DNA of 64,000 nucleotides from Plasmodiophora brassicae (Eukaryota): NCBI GenBank assembly GCA_036867785.1, contig CP145417.1, positions 558,001 to 622,000 of the forward strand, read 5' to 3'. Shown piece by piece: positions 52,278 to 62,536 of this stretch (position 1 is its first letter; each line of letters starts with the position of its first letter). The notes under the pieces were generated by a model. It saw only the letters and a program-made list of their open reading frames with translations, ran no database searches and was not told where the DNA came from. The position numbers and the translations under genes were made by a program.

Positions 52278-52562
52278 TGGTCGCCTTAACGGCCAATGTC
52301 GACAATACACCTCTTCATGGGCACTTCATACGGCTGCTGGCTCTCGACAATACCCGTTTCACGTGCTCTCGCTAGCTGATCGTCTGTTCGTGCCCAGGTC
52401 AGCCGAGGACGTGTTTTCCGCGTGGCGGGTAGAGAAGTGTCGAGCACAGAAGACGAAACTCGGTTCGCATGTGGCGCAATTGGATAAACCACTACAACGG
52501 TCATCGTAGCATTCCAGACAGGGATTCTGACTCGCGACTGCGCAGTCGGCTCGAGTATATTC

Positions 52563-53189
52563 CTAGACCGGTTGGGCCTGCTCGGGACGTTGCCGACAAA
52601 TTTCCACACCACAATGGCTGAGGACACCAGGAACTGCAACGTGAGGCTTGTTAACAATAACTCGGGTACTGCGAACACCTGGATGCCGACCGAGGACTTC
52701 TTCGGCAACTACAGCAGCGATGAGCGCAAGCAGCAGAGAACCAGGCATGGTCGTACGCACTCTTGTTGGCAACGGTTTCAATGAGGTGCATCGGCTGACC
52801 TTCCACAATGTCGCGCACCTGATTGACGCTGAATACATCCACAATGATTGCTACTGTTACAACCAGCAGACCTCATTGTATACATCAGCGTAGTTGACAG
52901 CACAAGATATCGAATCCGATCGTGCTGCGGGACGAGTGTCGACGACCATTTCCAGATCGATAACGAATTTCTGTCAGCCAGGGTCAGCCAAACAAACCGG
53001 TCGGGTCCAGTCGGAGCGGACCTGGCCCAGGTCGCGCTCACTCGCGAACACGCCGTGCCGAGCATGGAACACCATGCCGCGCAGACTGATGATGTCATCA
53101 CATGCCGCGTCCGCTCCCGGACGCAGAGCCGCCCGCCCAGTTCGCACTGCCTCCGTAGATCGCCATCGAATGAGTCGGCGCAACTGCAT
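52563..53189 (-). CDS. folB: Monofunctional dihydroneopterin aldolase with Arg-rich N-terminal extension; 3 introns
   Basis: Spliced DIISLRGMVFHARHGVFASERDLGQKFVIDL..SD..VNYADVY..LIETVANKIAEEVL..VNKPHVAV..GVEICR. Confidence 0.9.
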
Positions 53190-53365
53190 GGCGATTTGCG
53201 CGACCCGCCGCGAGTCGCAAATGAAAAATGTGCGCGCGTGCCAGGACTGTGCCTGGCGCCCCGTGCCATCTTCCGACAATCTCCATCGCGCCGCCACGCT
53301 CACCACCGGTGAATGCTGTTTATTGTGCGGCGTTTCAGCTCGGATAACTGGACGGGTCGCCAGGA

Positions 53366-54217
53366 TTAGGAGAAGGATGAGGTGGATGGTGACGTCGGGT
53401 CGGCCGGGGATACGCCACCGGAGTCGGACACGTCGTCAGAGGGCAAGGTCTCCTGGTCATCGTCGGTACCGTCCCCTCCGGCGCTGTCCGTCGAAGGCAT
53501 CGACGAATCTGGGAATTGCGGTCTGGGGATGGACGACGGCGATGGCATATTGTCATCATCGCTGCCGCTGAGGTTGCTTTGGTCCTGATCCATCGGCCTC
53601 AGGACGGTCCGTCGTACCTTGGGCGGGCCATTATTCTTCGTCGTCGTAATGACCTGGACTGGCGGGCCCGTCCCATTCGACGATATCTGCGTCGTCTGCT
53701 CATCCTGCTGCGTTCCGGGCCCCGACGGGAACGGAATCTCAGGACCTATGCCGCCCAGCACGCTCGACAGGTTCCAGGGCGCGAAATTCCCCCCTGAGTT
53801 GTTATCAACGGGGAACTCTATCGGCGGCAAGGACGAGGGGCCGATGGTGGCCTTGCCAGAGAAGTTCTGCTGGGGCATCGTGAAGTTGAACTGCATCGGC
53901 TTCAATGTCGAAGCCGGGCTCGGTGCTTCAGTTGCGCTAACCTGTGACAAGTTGGCAGACTGTTCAGATAGGTCGTCCCCTAATGGCGCCTGGTTAATGA
54001 CGTCTCTTACTGTAGGCGGTGCCCCGGCAGGTGGGTTTGTTGGCTTTTCATGTGCTGACGTTGCATTCGCTGCTGGCCGGCCGTCATCGGTTTCTGCTGC
54101 TGTCACCGACGTATTGCTGGGGCCAATTTGCTGCAAGACCCTGAACTTGTACGAACGACGAGCACTCAGCGCCGACGGCGCAAGCACCAGCACTACCAGA
54201 ACGAGTCGAACGAACAT
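53366..54217 (-). CDS. Secreted Ser/Pro/Thr/Asp-rich orphan protein (intronless)
   Basis: Signal-like MFVRLVLVVLVLAPSALSA, then low-complexity sequence with several NxS/T sites. Confidence 0.65.
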   Translation of the reverse strand: MFVRLVLVVLVLAPSALSARRSYKFRVLQQIGPSNTSVTAAETDDGRPAANATSAHEKPTNPPAGAPPTVRDVINQAPLGDDLSEQSANLSQVSATEAPSPASTLKPMQFNFTMPQQNFSGKATIGPSSLPPIEFPVDNNSGGNFAPWNLSSVLGGIGPEIPFPSGPGTQQDEQTTQISSNGTGPPVQVITTTKNNGPPKVRRTVLRPMDQDQSNLSGSDDDNMPSPSSIPRPQFPDSSMPSTDSAGGDGTDDDQETLPSDDVSDSGGVSPADPTSPSTSSFS

Positions 54218-55489
54218 GGCCCGATCGATAACAAGTGATCCGTCTCCGGTCCGGACCACCGACCGTCAATCGTCCATTACCTGGTGATCCGCGGGTGCTG
54301 GACCACAAACCATATTCTCCGATATCCGGCCACGCCTGCCACACAAACGTCCTGTTAATGGGAACCAGTTTTCGCATTCGATTCAAACGCGATGTTGGCT
54401 ACCGCCGTTGCCGGGTACTCATGAGAGAGTCCTGAAACGTTCGGGAGCGGCTTTGTCATCGATTTGGGGAATTGCACCAAAGACCCACAGGCTGGGTGGC
54501 ACCTCTCGAGACCGGTCGTTTTATAGACCGGGGCAACTAAACATTGGTCAGAGGAGCGGCGCGCACCCCGGTCTACAGTATTGGATGCCGAACAGCACTG
54601 ATGTCCCCTCCCCACAACGGAGACGTGCCGCCTCGGCACTCAGGAGGGATGTCTCCCAGAAGTAAACATCGTCGGCGCGTCCGTACCCGAATTATGACAA
54701 ACGCTGCTCCGTACCGCCAGCATGGTCGGTCAACCGATGTCAGCGCACCGCTATCACTTAACACTCTGTTGTCCAGCAGCATGCACGCGAAGTCTTCCCG
54801 TAACTCGGCTGCCCTGAAAACCGTTGCACCAGGAATCGACGACTCTTCCGCCGACGAGCTTGCTTACGCAGGACCGCACCATGGGATAATGTCTACTTGT
54901 CCACACCTGCGTGGTCGAGCCCAGTTTCAGCAGAGTCGGCTGTCCTAGGTCCACCGAATCGGTTTAAATCCATGCTCATTGTGTCAAACCAAATGCAGAG
55001 AACCAAACATTGCCGATGACAGAGAACAGTAACAGTGTGCCGACCTGGAACAGGACAGCGGCATGGTTGAACCGCGGATTCACACGTTATGAAGTCCTGA
55101 GCGGTGACGCCGGTTTGTAAGACTCACGGACGATCAGGGGACGGATCTCACCGTTGCCGGCAACATCGTCCCGGTTTGGACGGCCGTTTACTTGCCGGAA
55201 CCGGTCGGCATCGGTTGTGCAAACATGGGCACCGGTGAGCTCGTCGGATTGGGATCAGGCTTCACATGAAACTAGTTGGCAGTACTGTTGTACTGTGCTC
55301 CGATCAACGAGGGGGCTACTAACGTGCGGCCCCTTTGTGCGTATCGGGACCTCTTCGGTGGGCCTGTGACAGCCATCGGTGTTTACTGCTGTCAATGGCC
55401 GCGCCGTTCTAGCACCGTCAGGGTTCGTCACAGGTCGCGGTGGGCCACCTCAGCTGTCGTCGGACTGGGTTCGCTCGTGGTCCTGCGCG

Positions 55490-58400
55490 ATGAGGTTGTC
55501 CGCAGGCGCATTGGCGCTTTGGCATCTGCTTAGCCAGGCGGCGATCGCGCAGATCATCGTCACGGGCGATGGCGGTACCTTGCCGGCATCCGTCTACACG
55601 GATGCGGCGACGCTGTACACCTTCGTTCGTCGGGACGTGGCCGTCCTGTACAACGCGGTCGGATCCGGCACCGCCAAGGCGGCCTACGCCGCCGGCACGG
55701 GCGTCTTCGGGTGTAGCGATTCGCCCATCAGCGATTCGATGTACGCCAGCTACCCGGACCTGCAGATGGTACATGCGACCCCCATTGTGACGCCGACCCT
55801 CTTCCGAACGACTGACTGCTTCCTGACGTTCAGTTCCCGACGATCGCCACTGCTGTGGTGCCGATTTACAACGTCCCCGAATTGACGAAGCCCCTTGTCC
55901 TGACGCGCTCTGCGCTGGCCAAGATCTTCATGGGCGTTATCACGTGGTGGAACGATTCGATGATTGCGCAGACGAACCCGGGCCAGACCCTTCCCAGACA
56001 GCCAATCACGGTTGTCGTCCGGCAAGACTCCAGTGGCACGACCAACGTGTTCTCCAGCGCACTGTCTTCCTTCGATGCCTCGTTCAAGGCTCACTTCGGG
56101 GGCGCCGACCTTGTCAACTGGAACGTCACCAATCTTGTCAAAGGCGTGGGCAACCCCGGCGTCGTCGCCAACGTCCTCATGACGCCCTACACAATTGGAT
56201 GTAGGCGGGAGGTGCCCCCTCGCACACGGTCGTACTCTGATACCAAGATGTCTCATAGACAGCGTCCTGTACGACGCACAGAGCGTGGGCGTGTCCATCG
56301 CCCACATCGTCAACCTAGCTGGCATGACGGTGGCGCCGGGTACTGATGGCGTCATGCGGGCAGTGGAAGCCACAGACGGGAGCTTTGACGCGCGCATGAA
56401 TATCAATCTGGTGGACTCGAGCTCACCGGGCGCCTGGCCCATCTCCACGTTCACCTACCTGATCTTCCATACCCAGGTCGGCACCGATTGCCCGTTGAAG
56501 GACGAGGCACTGAAGTTCTGGCTGTGGTTCTACACGAGCCCAGCGGTGGCGGCTACTGCCGAAAAGTACGGGTTCGTCTCCCTGTCGACAGGTTCCCAGA
56601 GCGCGGTTCTCAACAAGCTGTATTCCTCTGTGAAATGCAACAATGTCCAGCTGGAACGGCCTCCTGTGCCCCCCACCATCGCTGGTGCCGGTGTCCAGGT
56701 TGCACAGCCCATTTTCAACATCTTCGGGCATGCGTTCGCCGAAACTGGCCCGAGTGCGATCAGGGACACCTACACCCTGGTATACTCGAAACAAATGGAT
56801 TACATTGGCGCCATCCAGCAGGTCCTTAACGGGTCCATTGCGTTCGCCGTCGTTCCGGGTGCCACCGTCCGCAAGCTATCGGCATCGGACGTCAGCCAGA
56901 TCGTATCTGTGCCATACTTTTCCATGGCGACCGTCTTGGCCTATGTGCTTCCGTCCCAGACCAGGACCCTGGCGCTGTCGGTTGACGTTATCCGGAAGAT
57001 CCTGATGGGCACCATCTGCATGTGGAACGATCCGGCTCTGGTGGCGCTGAACCCATCCATGACGCTGCCGAACCAGGCGATATCGGTGGTGATGCCGCTG
57101 GACCCGAACCACCCGTCAACCGTGAACCTTTACGGTATCCTGTACCCGAATCAGCCGCTGCAAGCGTTCACGCCTTGTAATACGATACTGGAGCCCACGT
57201 CGGCAACCGTGGAGTCGGCTCTGCTCGTCAAACCGTACTCGCTCGGCTACTTCGAGCTGGCGCAGACCACATCGGACACCTACGCCAACATCCTGTTCGA
57301 TGGGTACACGACGCCGGTGACACCTTCGAGCGCCTCGCTGACCAATTGCGCGACGTATGGTTCCACATCGGCCACGTGTTATCAACTACGGTTTCCAATG
57401 CACATTGTCGCCCGGCAGCAGTACGCGTCAGTGGCAACCAGCTCTGGGTGCCCGGATGGTCTGCGCGTCGCCCAGACGTTGGGGTGGCTCTTCAACCCAT
57501 CCATATCAGAAGCACCCATTACGCAGATGAATCTGGGATCGTACCCGTTCTCGAATTCGACAGCCGGTTCGCCGGCCGCCCAAATCACATGCGATGGAGT
57601 ATCCCTTCTGTCGCCGCCGGTTGTCACAGTTACCAATGTCTTCAAGCGCCTGCAGGTCCCGTCAGGCATCTCGGCAGCGGTTATTTCGCTAATGGTGATT
57701 GGCGTCGTATTGGCCTTCAGCGTTATGGCGTTCCAGTACTATTATCGCTCCCTGCCGTACATTCAGATGACATCGCCTCTCTTCAACAACATCATTGCTC
57801 TTGGGGCAGCCATGGGATTCGTGGCACCCGCGATCACCGCCTACCCGGCCATGAGCGACCCCGCGTTTGCACTTCAGTGCAATTTCCAGATGGTGCTCTT
57901 TTGTCTCGCGTTCACGTTGACGTATGGCGGATTGTTCGTGAAGACGTGGAGGGTATACAAGGTCAGCCAGGGTCATTGGCAGCCTGCACTTTGTACAGCT
58001 GGCTTATGGCGTCTCTGTCCTGTGTAGATATTCATCCTGCTTCGTCTGAAGACGGTGATCGTGACGAACGTGATGCTGTTGCGTCACCTGGCCATGTTTC
58101 TCCTGATTGACGTGGTCCTCCTGGGGACCTGGATGATCAAGGAGCCCATGATCATGGGCTTGCAGAACGAGCAAACGTATGTCGACCCAGCGGCTCCGAC
58201 AACGCGCACGATCACCCCTCAGGAGTCGTTCTGCTACTCACCGAACCGGTCCTCATTCCTCATTGCAATGGTCGCGTACAAGGGTGCGATCCTCATTATG
58301 GGATCCTGGATCTCCTTTCAAACATCATCTGTCGAGATCCAGGCTCTCAACGACTCCAAACTGATCGGCCTCTGCATCTACAGCTCATCTTTGATCGCCA

Positions 58401-58758
58401 TCGTAAGCCAGCGGAATATGAAATATTAACGCTCGATCTGATTCACTGAGGCGGGTAGCTGACGGGTCCGCTGATATCCTTCATCAGCGCTCAGCCGGCC
58501 GTCACCCTGCTGGCCACCTCGCTGGCCGTTTTCTTCACGCTGGCATCAACGCTGGGCATCCTTTTCGTCCCCAAGTTCATCGTCGTGAAATCGGGGCAAT
58601 CGGAGACCCACACGGTCTCCAAGAACAAAACGCCCACGCTGATGAACACCAAGCCCACCGTCGAGAACGCGTCCGGGCGCCCGTCGAGCAACACGAGGGC
58701 GGTCGTCTCCAGCAAGGCACCTGCGGTCAACGTCTCCAGCAGCGGCGCTATAATGTGA
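55490..58758 (+). CDS. PstS-PstS-7TM class C GPCR-like receptor, copy A (1007 aa; introns 55769-55833, 56201-56258, 57962-58027, 58403-58458)
   Basis: Signal peptide; PstS motifs GDGGTL, GSG, CSD, VVPIYN, IFMG.ITWWND, RQDSSGTT, WPI.TFTY; 7TM motifs SPLFN, GGLFVKTWRVYKIF, YKG, LNDSK.IG..IY, LFVPK. Confidence 0.9.
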
Positions 58759-61700
58759 GCAACGTGACACGACATCTGCATCGATTGCTTGGGCATCCAG
58801 GCGCGGGGGACGAATACGAATACAGGCCTCGTGTTGACCACGTTGATCATTGGCAATCGCCTGTCTGTCTCTATTCGTGATTTGTTTGCCAGGCCCAGGC
58901 AGCAGGTACCGGTCTGGACGGACAGCGGCACATCGCCTCACATGATGGCGCCTGTGCCACCAGAGACGTTGCGCAGCGCTGACGTGTTCAGGTTGGGCGC
59001 CCGGGACTGGCCGGTCGCCGGGCGGCCGACCGGGTGTGCCACCGTGTCCCTGGTCGTCGTCTTCTCCGTCGGCGTCGCATCCTTGTTCTTGGTGATTGTC
59101 TGAGTTTGCGACTTGCCAGACTTCACGACGATCAACTTGGGGATGAACAGGATGGCCAGCGTTGACGATAGCAGGATGAACACCGCCAGCGTCGTCGCTA
59201 GAAGCGTAATGGACGGCTGGGCGTTGATGAAGGATATCAACGGGATCGTCAGCTGCATGCAGTGCATCAGACCACGTTTGCGCATAGGCGGTCGATCCCT
59301 ACGATGGCGATCAACGACGAGCTGTAAATGCATAAACCGATCTGCTTGGAGTCGTTCAGCGCCTCGATCTCCACAGAGGAGGTCTGTAACGAGATCCACG
59401 ACCCCATGATGAGGATCGCGCCCTTGTACGCGATCACTGCGATGACGAACGAGGACCGATTCGGCGAGTAGCAGTACGCTTGTTGTGGGGTAATCGTTCG
59501 CGTTGTGGGCGCCGCCGGATCCACGTACGTCGGGTGAGTCTCAAGCGCCATGGTCATCGGCTCCTTGATCATCCAGGTCCCCAGGAGGACCACATCGACA
59601 AACAGCAGCATCGCCAGCTGCCGCAGCAGCATCATGTTCGTCACGATCACTGACTTTAACCGCAGCAGCACGAATATCTACGTTGGGCGACACGTCCCGT
59701 GTGAACATAATGGCAGGTGGCATCAAGTCAACACAATCTGACCTTGTAGACCCTCCAGGTTTTCACAAACAGGCCGCCGTACGTCAGCGTGAAGGCGACG
59801 CACAGCAGGATCATCTGGAAATTGCACTGGAAGGCAAACGCGGGATCACTCATGGCCGGATACGCGGTGACGGCGGGCGCCACGACACCCAAGGCGGCCC
59901 CAAGCGCAATAATGCTGTTGAAGAGGGGGGACGACATCTGAATGTAGGGCAGCGCCCGGTAGTGGTACTGGAAGGCCACAACGCCGATGGATGCGACCAG
60001 GCCAATGACCATGATCGCAATGACCGTGGCCGAGATGCCCGGCGATATCGTTAGACGTTGCACGACATTGGTGATGGTGACGACAGGTGGCGCCAGTATC
60101 GACACTCCATCGCACGTGATCTGGGCGGCCGGCGACTCGCTTGTACTGTTCGTGAACTGGTACGACCCCAGGTTCATCTGTGTAATGGGCGCTTCGGAGA
60201 TGGACGGGTTGAAGAGCCATCCCAGGGTCCGGGCGACGCGCTGACCATCGGGGCACCCAGCGCCGGACGCCCCTGACGTGTACTGCTGCCGGGCGACGAC
60301 ATGCATCGGGAATCGTAGCTGGTAACAAGTGGCCGACGTGGGACCATACAACGAACAGTTGGTCAGCGACGAGCTCGACGGGGCGACCGGTGTCGAGTGC
60401 CCTTCGAACAGGACGCTGGCGTAGGTGTCCGCTGTGGTCTGTTCCATCTCGAAGTATCCGAGCGAGTACGGTTTGACGAGCAGCGCCGCTTGGGCCGACG
60501 CCGATGTGGACGCCAAACTGAAATGGCAGGGCGTGAACGCCTGCAGAGGCTGATTCGGGTACAGGATACCGTAAAGGTTCACGGTCGACGGGTGGCTCGG
60601 GTCCAGCGGCATCACCACCGATATCGCCTGGTTGGGCAGCGTCATGGACGGGTTCAGCGCCACCAGAGCCGGATCGTTCCACACGCAGATGGTGCCTTTG
60701 AGGATGTTACGAATGGAGTCGACCGACAATGTCAGCGTTTTCGTCTGGGACGGCAGCGCGTAGGCGAAGATGGTCGCCATGGAGAAGTACGGCACAGATA
60801 CGATCTGGCCGGCGTCCGATGCCGATAGCTTGCGGACGGTGGCACCCGGAACGACGGCGAACGCAATGGACCCGTTAAGGACCTGCTGGATGGCGCCCAT
60901 GTAATCCGGTTGCTTCACGTATTCGAGACTGTAGGTGCCCCGGATGTCGGCAGGGCCTGTCTCGGCGAACGCATGCCCGAAGATGTTGAAGATGGACTGT
61001 GCAACCTGGACTCCGGCACCAACGATGGTGGGGGGCACAGGAGGCCATTCCAGCTGGACGTTGTTGCATTTCACAGATGTATACAGCTTGTTGAGAACGG
61101 TACTGAGAGAGCCCGTCGACAGGGTGACGAACCCGTACTTTTCGGCAGTAGCCGCCACCGCTGGGCTCGTGTAGAACCACAGCCAGAACTTCAGTGCTTC
61201 GTCCTTCAACGGGCAGTCGGTGCCGATCTGGGTATGGAAGATTAGGTAGGTGAACGTGGTGATGGGCCAGGCGCCCGGTGCGCTCGCGTCCAGGACGTTA
61301 ACGTTCATGCGCGCATCGAACACGCCGTCTGTGGCTTCCACTGCCCTCATGACGCCATCGTTACCGGGCGCCACCGTCATCCCGGCAAGGTTCACCATGT
61401 GGGCGATCGATACGCCCACGTATTGAGCGTCGTATAAGACGCTGTCTATGAAACATCTTGTCAGGCGACAGCAATGACAGCAAATGCAGACACAGCCCTG
61501 CCTACATCCAATTGTGTGGGGCGTCATGAGGACGTTGGCGACGACGCCCGGGTTGCCCACGCCTTTGATGGTGTTGGTGACGTTCCAGCTGACAAGGTCG
61601 GCGCCCCCGAAGTGAGCCTTGAACGAGGCATCGAAGGAAGACAGTGCGGTGGAGAACACGTTGGTCGTGCCACTGGAATCTTGCCGGACGACAACCGTGA

Positions 61701-62172
61701 TTGGCTGTCTGGGAAGGGTCTGGCCCGGGTTCGTCTGCGCAATCATCGAATCGTTCCACCACGTGATAACGCCCATGAAGATCTTGGCCAGCGCAGAGCG
61801 CGTCAGGACAAGGGGCTTCGTCAATTCGGGGACGTTGTAAATCGGCACCACCGCAGTGGCAATCGTCGGGAACTGAACGTCAGGAAGGAGTCAGTCGTTC
61901 GGAAGAGGGTCATCGTCACAATGTGGGTCGCGTGTACCATCTGGAGGTCCGGGTAGCTGGAGTACATCGAATCGCTGATGGGCGAATCGCTACACCCGAA
62001 GACGCCCGTGCCGGCGGCGTAGGCCGCCTTGGCGGTGCCGGATCCGACCGCGTTGTACAGGACGGCCACGTCCCGACGAACGAAGGTGTACAGCGTCGCC
62101 GCATCCGTGTAGACCGATGCCGGCAAGGTACCGCCGTCGCCCGTGACGATGATCTGCGCGATCGCCGCCTGG
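55537..62172. repeat. Imperfect inverted repeat (about 3 kb arms) formed by tail-to-tail copies A and B
   Basis: About 55537-56200 is nearly the exact reverse complement of 61506-62172; similarity continues more loosely toward the 3' ends. Confidence 0.85.
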
Positions 62173-62219
62173 CGTAGGAGGTCGCATACGACCACCAATA
62201 TCGTGGCCGACAACCTCAT
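58938..62219 (-). CDS. PstS-PstS-7TM class C GPCR-like receptor, copy B (1013 aa; introns 61873-61937, 61446-61505, 59678-59742, 59253-59302)
   Basis: Same motifs and identical internal exon sizes (367, 1703, 375 nt) as copy A. Confidence 0.9.
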
Positions 62220-62536
62220 CGTGGCGAACCGCGATCCTTCACTAGCCTTGTGACTGGCGGCCCGGTCGGGCCACTGTCGCTGCCTGACCTGGAAGTATAT
62301 ACTGTAGTGCTACCCTGTACCGAGGCGCTGGGCCGAGCTGACCAATGGGTCACCTGTCGACCTCCGGGTGGTCGTTCGAGGCTCCTATGGTTCGAGTTGG
62401 TTGGCGATGGAGTGCAACCAATGCCGGGCATAACCCATTGCAGGTTGCATAGACCAACAGCTGCGTTGCCGATAGTCGACGCCCAATCCGACATCGGCGA
62501 CCGAATCCCCGCTGCGTCCAACCAAATGCACACGAT

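Noticed and set aside
52572-52893. Plus-strand small ORFs after TPP2
   Set aside because: Region is explained by folB exons on the minus strand.
55537-62172. Transposon with terminal inverted repeats
   Set aside because: The arms are the paralogous genes themselves; no transposase or target-site duplication seen.
55490-62219. Bacterial pst operon or contamination
   Set aside because: PstS domains carry spliceosomal introns and are fused to a 7TM; no pstCAB or phoU present.
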